Below, piece after piece: positions 9,457-18,967 of a stretch of 64,000 bases of DNA (position 1 is its first letter; each line of letters begins with the position of its first letter). Below the pieces are notes generated by a model. It saw only the letters and a program-made list of their open reading frames with translations. It was not told where the DNA came from and made no database searches. Source of the DNA: Thermodesulfovibrionales bacterium (GTDB lineage Bacteria > Nitrospirota > Thermodesulfovibrionia > Thermodesulfovibrionales > UBA6898). Where the stretch lies: assembly GCA_044450345.1 (NCBI GenBank), contig JBIOIY010000002.1:96001-160000 (forward strand). The letters are read 5' to 3'. The translations under genes and the position numbers were made by a program.

Positions 9457-9986
9457 TTCATCCTAAAGGGCCGGACTTAAACGGTCCACGCTGCACCGCG
9501 TTAGCGAAAATCATAAAAGAATGGGGGATAAAGGGAGAAATGAAGGCCCTCCCCCTCTCCGAACAATTCTCCCTCCTCGGGCCGGATGCGAATGTCAGCC
9601 TGCATGTCAAAAACGATATTCTGCAATGCACGATTAAATCACTGCGGAAGTTGAACAGGCATTTCATCGTGTCATTTCACGAAGTCACGGACAGGGATGT
9701 GGCCGTGCGGTACCGCGGCGCCCTTCTCTCCTCTTCATTCGAGGCGATAGCCTTGCGAGAGGGGGAATTTCTCTATGAGCAGATAATAGGTCTCACGGTA
9801 ATTTCAAGCGATGGGAATGAGATCGGGAAAGTTGTTGATATATTCGATTCCGGAGCGCACGATGTGTATGTGGTAAGAAAGGATGAAAAGGAATATTTAA
9901 TACCGGCAGTAAGAGAATTCATTTGCGATATACAAGTCGCCGAGAAGAAAATTATCGTAAAGGAGATGGAAGGACTTTTCGACTAA
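9456..9986 (+). CDS. rimM: 16S rRNA processing protein RimM (probable ATT start at 9456; first ATG is 9540)
   Basis: in-frame LAKIIKEWGIKGEMK motif upstream of 9540; PRC barrel GKVVDIFDSGAHDVYVV...LIPAV; synteny. Confidence 0.9.
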   Translation: MHPKGPDLNGPRCTALAKIIKEWGIKGEMKALPLSEQFSLLGPDANVSLHVKNDILQCTIKSLRKLNRHFIVSFHEVTDRDVAVRYRGALLSSSFEAIALREGEFLYEQIIGLTVISSDGNEIGKVVDIFDSGAHDVYVVRKDEKEYLIPAVREFICDIQVAEKKIIVKEMEGLFD

Positions 9987-9987
9987 A

Positions 9988-10719
9988 ATGAAGTTCAGTA
10001 TTGTCACAATTTTTCCTGATATGGTCCAGACTTATTTCAACGCGAGTATTATGAAAAGGGCCGTCGATAGCGGTATCATAAGTGTTGTCGTCCATAACCT
10101 CCGGGATTATACTACGGATAAGCACAAAAGTGTTGACGACTACCCCTATGGCGGCGGGGCCGGCATGGTCATGAAACCGGAACCTTTTTTTAGGATCACG
10201 GAGGACTTATGGCCCCGAAAAGAGAATCGGAGGATCATTCTTCTCGGCCCACAGGGGCGATTGTTCAGTCAGAGGACAGCAGAGGAACTTTCCCGGGAAC
10301 AAAAAGAAATTATTTTTCTCTGTGGCAGGTATGAAGCCATAGATGAGAGGGTTAAGGAACAATTGGCTGATGACGAAATTTCGATCGGCGATTATGTTTT
10401 GACTGGCGGAGAATTGCCCGCATTGGTTATAATAGATGCCGTCGCCAGATTGATGCCGGGTGTGTTGGGAGACAGCCGTTCTTCTGAGGAAGACTCTTTT
10501 ACGTGCGGGCTTCTCGATTATCCTCATTATACGAGGCCGGAGATCTTCAGGGGTATGAAGGTGCCGGACGTACTTCTTTCCGGCAACCACAGCGAGATAA
10601 AGAGGTGGCGGAAAAAACAGTCATTTAAACAGACTTTAGAAAGAAGGCCTGAACTTATCGATGAATATGTTTTGATGCCTGAAGAGAAAGAAATATTAGA
10701 CAAACTCAAGGAGGAATAG
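9988..10719 (+). CDS. trmD: tRNA (guanine37-N1)-methyltransferase
   Basis: [35 protein letters not shown]. Confidence 0.98.
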   Translation: MKFSIVTIFPDMVQTYFNASIMKRAVDSGIISVVVHNLRDYTTDKHKSVDDYPYGGGAGMVMKPEPFFRITEDLWPRKENRRIILLGPQGRLFSQRTAEELSREQKEIIFLCGRYEAIDERVKEQLADDEISIGDYVLTGGELPALVIIDAVARLMPGVLGDSRSSEEDSFTCGLLDYPHYTRPEIFRGMKVPDVLLSGNHSEIKRWRKKQSFKQTLERRPELIDEYVLMPEEKEILDKLKEE

Positions 10720-10721
10720 AA

Positions 10722-11069
10722 ATGAATTTAGTCGCGGCAGTCGAGGAGGGATTCAGGAGAGACCTCGGACAATTTAATATCGGAGACACAGTAAAGGTTT
10801 TTGTTAAGGTCGTAGAAGGAGACAAGGAGAGGATACAGCCTTTCCAGGGTGCCGTTATCGGCAGGAAAGGAAGCGGAACGAGGGCGATGTTTACCGTCAG
10901 GAAGGTTTCCTTCGGTGTGGGGGTGGAGAGAATATTCCCTGTATGTTCCCCGATTGTTGACAGAGTTGAAGTCGTAAAGAGGGGAGACGTGAGAAAGGCG
11001 AAACTTTATTATCTGCGGGGCAAGAAGGGCAAATCTGCAAAGATAAAAGAAAAGGGGTTGTCGGCGTAA
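10722..11069 (+). CDS. rplS: 50S ribosomal protein L19
   Basis: [21 protein letters not shown]. Confidence 0.98.
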   Translation: MNLVAAVEEGFRRDLGQFNIGDTVKVFVKVVEGDKERIQPFQGAVIGRKGSGTRAMFTVRKVSFGVGVERIFPVCSPIVDRVEVVKRGDVRKAKLYYLRGKKGKSAKIKEKGLSA

Positions 11070-11082
11070 TAAGAGCTCTGTT

Positions 11083-11691
11083 ATGGGCATATACCAGCAT
11101 GACGGGTCCTTGAGGCGGCAGGGAAATGCGATCATTGCCGGTATTGACGAAGCGGGAAGAGGACCCATCGCCGGACCTGTAGTAGCCGCTGCAGTTGTCT
11201 TGTGTGACAGTATCCGGATTGAAGGGCTTCGCGATTCAAAAAAAGTCCCGGAAAAGGAGAGAGAGGGCCTTTTTTGGGACGTACTTTGCTCGGCACTGGG
11301 AATCGGGGTCGGAATCGCTGAACACGATGAAATCGACAGACTGAATATCCTTCAGTCCACTAAGTTGGCAATGGCAAGGGCACTGGATGATCTGGGTATG
11401 GTGCCTGATATGCTTGTCATCGATGCAGTTACCCTCCCCTCGGTGCCGATCAGACAGATATCTCCCTTTAAGGCTGAATCTAAAAGCGCCTCTGTTGCGG
11501 CCGCATCGATCATCGCAAAATATGTAAGGGACTCTATTATGCTGCATTATCATGACATCTACCCCCAATACAACTTCAAACGACATAAAGGATATGGTAC
11601 GAAAGAACATCTCAGCCTGATACAGCTTCATGGCCCCTCCCCCATCCATAGAAAATCTTACGCCGGCGTTATGTCCCTTCCCCTTTTCTGA
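11083..11691 (+). CDS. rnhB: ribonuclease HII
   Basis: GIDEAGRGP, DSKK, AAASIIAK, HKGYGT. Confidence 0.97.
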   Translation: MGIYQHDGSLRRQGNAIIAGIDEAGRGPIAGPVVAAAVVLCDSIRIEGLRDSKKVPEKEREGLFWDVLCSALGIGVGIAEHDEIDRLNILQSTKLAMARALDDLGMVPDMLVIDAVTLPSVPIRQISPFKAESKSASVAAASIIAKYVRDSIMLHYHDIYPQYNFKRHKGYGTKEHLSLIQLHGPSPIHRKSYAGVMSLPLF

Positions 11692-11747
11692 ACATCTCAA
11701 ATCTTTCGTTGAAATTATTAATTCAGTACCTATAAAATAAAAAGGCC

Positions 11748-12413
11748 ATGGGAACCATAACCGATAAAGAGAGAATTGACGAGGCGCTGGAACTTATCTG
11801 GGTGTTGGAGGAGGAGGGCCATCGGGATATTGACCGTTTCAACCTCAGCTCCGACGATGCGGATGTCACCGTGCTCTTAGACACACTGAAAGATGAGGGG
11901 TTTATACTCATAGACGGCGGCGCGATCCATCTAACAGAACTGGGACGCAGAATAGCCAGGGGACTTATCAGAAGACAACGCCTGGCAGAGAGGCTTTTCA
12001 CGGATGTGTTTGAGATGCCGGAGAACACCGTGCTCGACGATGCATGCAAAATGGAACATATCCTAAGTGAAGAGCTTACGGAAAGTGTATGCATCTTCCT
12101 GGGCCATCCCCCCACATGCCCTCACGGAAAACCGATTCCTAGAGGGGAGTGCTGCAAGAAGCTGAAGGTGGGGGTGACGCCGGTTGTGACCAGGCTGTCG
12201 GAATTCGAGGTCGGTGCAATTGGGAAGATCACCTTTATCGTTCCTTCAGACCCCTCCAGGCTGAGCAAGCTCAATTCCCTGGGCATTTCTGCCGGAAGCG
12301 TCATTAAATTTATCCAGAAAGTGCCTTCGTGCGTTCTTCAAATCGACGAAACGACCGTCGCGATTGATCCCGAAATAGCCAGGGAGATATACCTGAAGAA
12401 AGTGCTCAAATAG
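11748..12413 (+). CDS. DtxR/MntR-family metal-dependent regulator with C-terminal FeoA domain
   Basis: RRQRLAERLF, ACKMEHILS, LGHPPTCPHGKPIP, FeoA-like tail (LNSLGISAGS). Confidence 0.85.
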   Translation: MGTITDKERIDEALELIWVLEEEGHRDIDRFNLSSDDADVTVLLDTLKDEGFILIDGGAIHLTELGRRIARGLIRRQRLAERLFTDVFEMPENTVLDDACKMEHILSEELTESVCIFLGHPPTCPHGKPIPRGECCKKLKVGVTPVVTRLSEFEVGAIGKITFIVPSDPSRLSKLNSLGISAGSVIKFIQKVPSCVLQIDETTVAIDPEIAREIYLKKVLK

Positions 12414-12479
12414 CCAATATTCCGGTGAAGCATTTTTTGCTTGTCAATGCATTCGCTTTTTTTGTATGTTTAATACGGC

Positions 12480-12926
12480 ATGCAGAAAATGATATCGGCC
12501 GATGAATATTTCATGAAGGGCATTCAGCTCTTAGGGGAAGCAAATCTCCTGGGTGCTCTTGCCTGTTTTGAGAGGGCCCATATCCAGGAAACGTCACCAT
12601 TAATCCAATCCTATCTGGGCTACTGTATCGCGACGGAGAGGGGCCAGATCGCCGAGGCATTAAACCTCTGCCGGGCCGCCATCGAAAGAGATCCTCACAA
12701 CCCCGAACATTATCTAAACCTCGGAAGGGTCTACCTGAAGGCGAAAAAAAAGGACGAGGCGATAGCAGAGTTGAGAAGGGGCCTGTCGTTCGGCAATAAT
12801 CAGGATATAAAGGCGCTCCTGGAGGGCCTCGGCCTCCGAAAGAATCCCGTCTTCTCCTTCCTGTCGAGGGACCATGTTCTGAACAAATCCATCGGTCTTA
12901 TCCTCTCTCGTCTCAGACTGCGATAG
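12480..12926 (+). CDS. tetratricopeptide repeat protein
   Basis: ALNLCRAAIERDPHNPEHYLNLGRVYL TPR pattern. Confidence 0.8.
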   Translation: MQKMISADEYFMKGIQLLGEANLLGALACFERAHIQETSPLIQSYLGYCIATERGQIAEALNLCRAAIERDPHNPEHYLNLGRVYLKAKKKDEAIAELRRGLSFGNNQDIKALLEGLGLRKNPVFSFLSRDHVLNKSIGLILSRLRLR

Positions 12927-12980
12927 TCGCTTCACCATAAACCCTTTGCACCGTCTTCATACACGAACCTGTCAGACGCC

Positions 12981-13793
12981 TTACTTGATGTCTCTATTGT
13001 TCCCGATATCGAATCTTTCCCTCATTTCATCCCCGATGAGATTGAAACAAAGAGCCGTTACCGCTATCATAATACCCGGCGAAAGAACCATCCAGGGAGC
13101 CGAGTTTATATAGGCGCGGTTCGAGCTTATCATGGAACCCCAGGTCGCAGTGGGTGGTTGTGCCCCGAGGCCGAGGAAACTCAGCGCCGATTCAGTCAGA
13201 ATATAGCCTCCGAGTTTCATGCCGATCATCACCAGTGCAAGAGGGACGCACTGAGGGAAAAGGTGCACAAATACGATCCTCAAGTCACCGCACCCGACGG
13301 CCCTTGCCGCCTCAACGAAGGAAGATTCTTTAAGAGACAGCACCTGTCCTCTCATGAGCCTGGCAAATGACGCCCATCCTACAGCAGACAATGCGATCAT
13401 GACCGTATAAATGCCTGGAGGGAATAATACAGAGACGCCGATTGCGAGAAGAAGCGAGGGGAAAGCAAGAATCAGATCCACAAGCGCCATAAAAATCGTA
13501 TCTGCCTTACCGCCGATATAACCGGACATGAGGCCCACGAAGAGCCCTATGCCCATAGATAAGAGTGCAGCAACGACAGAAACAGCAATCGAAATCCGCC
13601 CGCCATACAGCACCCTTGTAAAGATATCCCTTCCTTTGTTGTCCGTTCCCATGAGGTGTTGCAGAGAAGGAGGCTGGCGGAGACTGTCGAGATCTATGGC
13701 ATTAGGAGAATAACGCGTAAGAGCGGGGGAGATCACCGACAGAATAGCTATACAGAGAAAGATGCAGGCCGATATTCTACCGATCAGTCCCAT
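12981..13793 (-). CDS. peptide/nickel ABC transporter permease (DppC/OppC-like)
   Basis: HLMGTDNKGRD, FVEAARAVG EAA loop, LSFLGLG. Confidence 0.93.
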   Translation of the reverse strand: MGLIGRISACIFLCIAILSVISPALTRYSPNAIDLDSLRQPPSLQHLMGTDNKGRDIFTRVLYGGRISIAVSVVAALLSMGIGLFVGLMSGYIGGKADTIFMALVDLILAFPSLLLAIGVSVLFPPGIYTVMIALSAVGWASFARLMRGQVLSLKESSFVEAARAVGCGDLRIVFVHLFPQCVPLALVMIGMKLGGYILTESALSFLGLGAQPPTATWGSMISSNRAYINSAPWMVLSPGIMIAVTALCFNLIGDEMRERFDIGNNRDIK

Positions 13794-14709
13794 CTATCCT
13801 CACCCGGGGGTCTACGTAATGATACATGACGTCGACAAACAGATTGATCAAGACGAAGAGTATGGTCCCCACAATAATGCATCCCATTATCACCGGATAA
13901 TCCCTCTTTACAATGCCCTCCATCATAAATCTTCCGAGACCGTCCCACCCGAAAATAGTCTCGGTAAGCACAGCCCCATTAAGGTAACTACCGAAATCCA
14001 GACCTATCACGGTTACGACAGGTATCATGGCGTTCTTCATAACGTGAAGGGCATTGATACGGCTTTCCTTTATTCCCTTCGCCCTCGCAGTCCTGATGAA
14101 CGGCATTGTCACAACGTCCAGGACCGACACACGCGTTACCCTGGCTATGGTGGATAACGCGGGGAGCGCAAGCGTCAGGGAAGGAAGCAACATATATCGC
14201 AGTCCCCCTGTGCCGGATGGAGGGAGGACTCTAAGTCTGAGACTGAAAAAGAGCATAATCAGTAGCCCGCTCCAAAACACGGGGACGCTGAGAAACAAAA
14301 TACTTGCTACAGAGATAAGCCGGTCTGCTATGCCACCCTTCTTGAGCGCCGAGAAGAGACCCAGTAATATGCCGGGAGGCACGGCAATGACCATCGCCCC
14401 TGCCGCCAGCGCGAGTGTATTAGGGAATTTGGACTTTATATCATCAAACACCTTCCTGTTTGTAAAGTAGGACCTCCCCATTTCTCCCTTTATCAAGAGC
14501 GAGACATATCCTACGTACTGTCTGACTGTCCCTTTATCGGCACCTATTTCTTTCCTTATCTTTTCTATGATCTCCGGACTGCTTCTTTCCCCTACCAGGG
14601 TATAGACAGGGTCTCCGGGGAGTGCCTTTGTCAGAGCAAAGGTGATCAGGGTAATCCCCAGCAACAGCGGGATTAGAAGCGCTATCTTCTTTATGATATA
14701 GGAACTCAA
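13777..14709 (-). CDS. peptide/nickel ABC transporter permease (DppB/OppB-like)
   Basis: LPGDP, TARAKG, TETIFGWDGLG, RDYPVI. Confidence 0.93.
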   Translation of the reverse strand: MSSYIIKKIALLIPLLLGITLITFALTKALPGDPVYTLVGERSSPEIIEKIRKEIGADKGTVRQYVGYVSLLIKGEMGRSYFTNRKVFDDIKSKFPNTLALAAGAMVIAVPPGILLGLFSALKKGGIADRLISVASILFLSVPVFWSGLLIMLFFSLRLRVLPPSGTGGLRYMLLPSLTLALPALSTIARVTRVSVLDVVTMPFIRTARAKGIKESRINALHVMKNAMIPVVTVIGLDFGSYLNGAVLTETIFGWDGLGRFMMEGIVKRDYPVIMGCIIVGTILFVLINLFVDVMYHYVDPRVRIDGTDR

Positions 14710-16286
14710 AAAGAGACCTCCAATCCCTTATCCATACTGTAGATAGGGTATATCCTGTAGTTCTTCACGTATGGCTGCCGAAGGGTGAAGTCCGTTTTAT
14801 GCCAGAAAAAAACCCAGGGAGATTCTTCTGCAATAATATTCTCCGCAATGCCGTAATAACGGTTTCGTTCAGATGGGACGATCGAACCCTGTCCCGCCTC
14901 AATAAGCCTGTCCACCTCCTTGTTTGTATATCTCGCCCTATTGCCGCTTGCGCCGTGGTTGGCCGAGTGAAAGAGCGGGAACAGGAAATTCTCTGGGTCA
15001 GGATAATCCGCCCACCAGCTTATCCAAAAGAGATCTGCATCGCCTCTGTTTATGGCGGATTTATAAGCGCTCCATTCAAGCTGCTTGATATGCACGTCGA
15101 GCCCCGCCTTTTCAAGGAAGGACTGAATTATCTCGGCTATGTCCACCATTTCCTGATCGGGAGTGATGTAGAAATTTACAACTCTGTTCGATGCGCCCTC
15201 TCTTTGAATGATCTTTCTTGCTCTTGCCGGGTCATATTCGCCGGTGACACACAAGTTCCATTTTCTGAGAAGATCAGGCACAGGTCCCTCCGAGAGTCGC
15301 CCCCTTCCTTCATAAAAAGTTTCCAGGACCTTCTTTCTATCTATAGAACTGGAAACAGCCTTCCTGAGATTAATATTATTGAAGGGAGGTCTCGAACAAT
15401 TGAAACCCAGATAATAAGTATTCAGACCCTTGACGGACGAAATCAGGTCCCTCCATTTTGGAGACCTCTTGTACCTGGAGTATTCATACGCAGGAATCGC
15501 TATTACATCGAGATTCCCGAGTTCAAACTCAGTCACTGTCGTGAGGTCTTCGGGAATAATCCTGTATAGTATCCCTCCAATGCGTGCCCGGCCGTTAAAA
15601 TATCCCTCATTCCTTTCCAGTACGAGCTGGTTGTTGTGCTCCCATTTCTTCAAGATGAAAGGACCGCTTCCGGACGGATGGGTCGCGTAATCGACACCCC
15701 ATCTTTTCACTTCCTCTTCGGGCACTATGTAGGCGGCAGTCATCGTAAGGAGATTCAGGAAAGGCGAAAAGGCATTTACCAGTCTTATCTTTAGGGTATA
15801 TCTGTCCTTTACTTCGATTCCCTCCACGTCAGCAGCCTTCCCGCTCATATACTCCTTCGCACCGAGTATCTTGTCCAAAACCCAGGAGTTCGGAGACTTT
15901 CCATGGGGATCGAGTATCCTCTTGAAAGAATATTGCACGTCATACGCGGTGACTTCCCGTTTATTGGCAAATCTGACTCCATGTCTGAGAAAAAAAAGGT
16001 AGGCAGTGCCTTTGTCACTGATCTTCCATTTTTCGGCTAAATCAGGAATCACGTCCAGGTTCTCGTCAAGTCTCACCAGACCGTTGAAGAGCTTGGCGGC
16101 GATTACTCCGCCGGTCACGTCTACGATAAGTGCCGGATCGAGGGTCGTTGGATTGTAATTCAGCCTGTAGTGGATGAAGCCGTCCGTCCTGTTCCGGGAC
16201 GAACATGCAGGGAAATACAGAAATAGGCATAAAAGACAAAAGGCGCCTAGGATCCTTTTACTATTCTTGCTAAAGATATCTCGCAC
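14706..16286 (-). CDS. peptide ABC transporter substrate-binding lipoprotein (family 5)
   Basis: lipobox FPAC, TLDPA, PDLAEKW, GSGPF, WWADYPDP. Confidence 0.93.
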   Translation of the reverse strand: MRDIFSKNSKRILGAFCLLCLFLYFPACSSRNRTDGFIHYRLNYNPTTLDPALIVDVTGGVIAAKLFNGLVRLDENLDVIPDLAEKWKISDKGTAYLFFLRHGVRFANKREVTAYDVQYSFKRILDPHGKSPNSWVLDKILGAKEYMSGKAADVEGIEVKDRYTLKIRLVNAFSPFLNLLTMTAAYIVPEEEVKRWGVDYATHPSGSGPFILKKWEHNNQLVLERNEGYFNGRARIGGILYRIIPEDLTTVTEFELGNLDVIAIPAYEYSRYKRSPKWRDLISSVKGLNTYYLGFNCSRPPFNNINLRKAVSSSIDRKKVLETFYEGRGRLSEGPVPDLLRKWNLCVTGEYDPARARKIIQREGASNRVVNFYITPDQEMVDIAEIIQSFLEKAGLDVHIKQLEWSAYKSAINRGDADLFWISWWADYPDPENFLFPLFHSANHGASGNRARYTNKEVDRLIEAGQGSIVPSERNRYYGIAENIIAEESPWVFFWHKTDFTLRQPYVKNYRIYPIYSMDKGLEVSF

Positions 16287-16321
16287 GAATAATTATAATA
16301 CATCCGTTGCTATCAGGGCAT

Positions 16322-17374
16322 TCACTGCGCGGCGATACCGTCTTCTGTACGCCGGAAGATTTCAAACACAGAGATAAAGACGGCGGTTATGAGAGGCCCC
16401 ATAATCAGGCCGATCACACCGAACAGCTTTATTCCGCCCAGTACGCTGAACAATATTACGATCGTCGGCATCTTGGTCCTGCTCCCGATTATCAAGGGCT
16501 TAAGAATATTATCGACCATGCTGATAACAAAGACACCGAAGAGGAGAAGACCGATTCCCTGGGTGTAATTATGCTCGATTATAAGATACAGGGAAGTGGG
16601 GCCCCAGATCGCAAAAGTACCGAGCAGCGGAACAAACGACATCACGGACATGGCCATCCCCCACATGACCGGGGCCTCGATGCCCATGAACGCATATGCG
16701 ATACCCCCGAGGATACCCTGTATAATTGCAACTATTACCCCGCCGTATACTGTCGATACTATCATGTCTTTAATCTGTCCCGCAATTCTCTCTTTCTGCA
16801 CTTCGTTGAAAGGCATGTAATCTTTCGTCTTCGAGAGAAGACCCGGGCCGTCTTTGAACAAAAAGAACGTGGTAAAGAGGACAAAGATGAAATCTATCCC
16901 CGCCGCCAATATGTTGGGGATCCTCATCGAGAATTCCGAGAGCAGACCCTTCCCTACTTTTTTTACGTTTTCCAGGATAACCTCCTCCGAAATCAGGTCG
17001 GACGCGCCGCTATAGGACCTTATTTTTTCAAATAGGGCTGAAGAATATAATTTTTTGACGATCAAACTCAGTGACCCGACATTAGCATCGTTGATCTTAG
17101 CAGCGACGATCTGCACTTCGTCGATCAGCATCAGCGTAAGATAGGTAATCGGACCGATAAGGACGATAAGTATCAAGATGACCGTCATTCCGGCGGCTAT
17201 CCCCCTGATTCTGACATGACGCGAAATAAACGCAAAGACAGGGTAAAAGATGATAGAAACTACGATGGACCATGCTATGGCGGTAAAAAAGGGACTCATA
17301 ATCTCATAGGTAAGGTACCCCAGCGCTCCAAGAAGAAACAGCAGGGTAAGGACATAAAACCTATCTTTAAACAC
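16322..17374 (-). CDS. AI-2E (UPF0118) family transporter
   Basis: FFLFKDG, SFVPLLG, VDNILKPLIIG, GLIMGP. Confidence 0.9.
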   Translation of the reverse strand: MFKDRFYVLTLLFLLGALGYLTYEIMSPFFTAIAWSIVVSIIFYPVFAFISRHVRIRGIAAGMTVILILIVLIGPITYLTLMLIDEVQIVAAKINDANVGSLSLIVKKLYSSALFEKIRSYSGASDLISEEVILENVKKVGKGLLSEFSMRIPNILAAGIDFIFVLFTTFFLFKDGPGLLSKTKDYMPFNEVQKERIAGQIKDMIVSTVYGGVIVAIIQGILGGIAYAFMGIEAPVMWGMAMSVMSFVPLLGTFAIWGPTSLYLIIEHNYTQGIGLLLFGVFVISMVDNILKPLIIGSRTKMPTIVILFSVLGGIKLFGVIGLIMGPLITAVFISVFEIFRRTEDGIAAQ

Positions 17375-18035
17375 GGCAAGCCCCTACAAAGTGACTGAAC
17401 AGTTGTCTTGACAAAGAGTCCTCCATCCTCTCGGGGTGCCACTGGACACCGACAAGAAAGCGATATCCTTCTCCATAAAATGCCTCGATTATGCCGTCAT
17501 CTGCCCATGCAAAAGGTTTCAGGCAGTCTCCCCCCTTTTTTACCGCCTGATGATGGCTGCTGTTGACTTGACTCCCGTGCACTCGTACAAAAGGGTTAGG
17601 CTCTATACTTATGCCATGCACTCCCCGCACATGATCCAGAGATCCCGGAACCTGCAAATGAATATCCTGATAAAGGCTGCCCTGAAAAAAAACATTCATC
17701 AATTGCATCCCGTAACATATACCGAGAACAGGTTTCTTCCGTCCCATTATCTCACGCAGCAGAGAAAATTCAAAATCAATTCTCACAGACTCTTCAGGCA
17801 CAATATGACATAAGGGGCCTTCGCCATATAACGATGCTGGCAGGTCTTTGCCCCCGGGGATAATCAAACCGTCATAACAGACTGCAAGACCACTCACTCT
17901 TCTTTGCGGAGCCACAAAGACCGCATCTCCCCCTGAATTCTCTACAGCAGTCCTATACCGCTCGCGTTCAAGAGGAAAGCTGGCATCAGTTCCGCAGGTT
18001 ATCGCTATGAGAGGTGTGTGGCCGGCCTTTTTCAC
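17367..18035 (-). CDS. gamma-glutamyl-gamma-aminobutyrate hydrolase / peptidase C26 family
   Basis: GLIIPGGKD, GICYGMQ, VNSSHHQAV, GVQWHPE. Confidence 0.9.
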   Translation of the reverse strand: MKKAGHTPLIAITCGTDASFPLERERYRTAVENSGGDAVFVAPQRRVSGLAVCYDGLIIPGGKDLPASLYGEGPLCHIVPEESVRIDFEFSLLREIMGRKKPVLGICYGMQLMNVFFQGSLYQDIHLQVPGSLDHVRGVHGISIEPNPFVRVHGSQVNSSHHQAVKKGGDCLKPFAWADDGIIEAFYGEGYRFLVGVQWHPERMEDSLSRQLFSHFVGACRV

Positions 18036-18167
18036 GCGGACGATATGATTTCAACAGCCGCATTTTCGCGGGAACTATAATTCTTCAATATGATCTCGGC
18101 TTGCGGGTCTTGGTTCAAGACAGCTCACATCGCCCTTCGACAATAGGGATAAAGACAATTCAGGGCT

Positions 18168-18779
18168 TCAGACGCTGCCTGCGCTCAGGTCGCTCATTAC
18201 CACAATGTCCTCTTCAGTCCGTTCCAAACTCTCACAAGTTTTCCCCATATCCTGAAGAAGATGACTCTTTTTTATGCTGAGTTTTCTGTCCGTAATTACC
18301 GCCTTTAGTGCCATAAGGCCGATATTAATCTTCTCTCCGTTTCTATTAAACGATAAAGTAGTCTTGGTCGCCTGATCTTCCGTCGTATAGTATGCCTCCA
18401 TCTTCTTCTTAAAGGTCCTCGCCGCTTCCCTGAAATGCTTGATCATGTTTTTCGTCTCGCACATGATCACAAAGTCGTGGGTACTCATCGTACCGACGAA
18501 GCATTTACCGCATTTTTCACAAGTAGTTTTAAGAATGGCAGCGGCCCACTGTATTATCTCAGCATGCCTGTCGGGACCGTACTTTATCAGATAGGGATGG
18601 ATATTGGCGATCCTTACATAGGCGACCGAGTATCTGCCTATGTCAGGATAGATCTCTTCCAGCCTCTTTATGATCGCAACTTTATCGGGCAGACCGGTCA
18701 GGAAATCCGGCCACAAGTATGGATTTTCCTGTCTTTTATGTAGATCCTGAATGTACTTTTTCGCCTCTGATATTCCCAT
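18168..18779 (-). CDS. stand-alone degenerate GGDEF-like protein
   Basis: DFLTGLP, KYG, FVGTMSTHDFVIM in place of GG(D/E)EF. Confidence 0.7.
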   Translation of the reverse strand: MGISEAKKYIQDLHKRQENPYLWPDFLTGLPDKVAIIKRLEEIYPDIGRYSVAYVRIANIHPYLIKYGPDRHAEIIQWAAAILKTTCEKCGKCFVGTMSTHDFVIMCETKNMIKHFREAARTFKKKMEAYYTTEDQATKTTLSFNRNGEKINIGLMALKAVITDRKLSIKKSHLLQDMGKTCESLERTEEDIVVMSDLSAGSV

Positions 18780-18903
18780 CTAAGGCTCCCTCTCTATTAA
18801 ACCCGGCTCATGTACTTGAAATTCACTTATAATTCAGTATTTCAATTCGGAATGTCAACTTTAAGTTATAATTATCAAGTAATCGTGCCGCAGATCATAT
18901 AAT

Positions 18904-18931
18904 AAAAAGGGGCAGAATTCTGCCCCCTTTT
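18904..18931 (-). terminator. intrinsic terminator after ppdK
   Basis: GGGGCAG-AATT-CTGCCCC hairpin flanked by A and T tracts. Confidence 0.8.
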
Positions 18932-18967
18932 ATCAGCTGACGGCCTTTAAGGCCCCTTTTTTTTCCT

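Noticed and set aside
18032..18118. 28-codon minus-strand ORF (TTG start) overlapping the C26 hydrolase start
   Set aside because: No RBS or recognisable motif; short enough to be chance.
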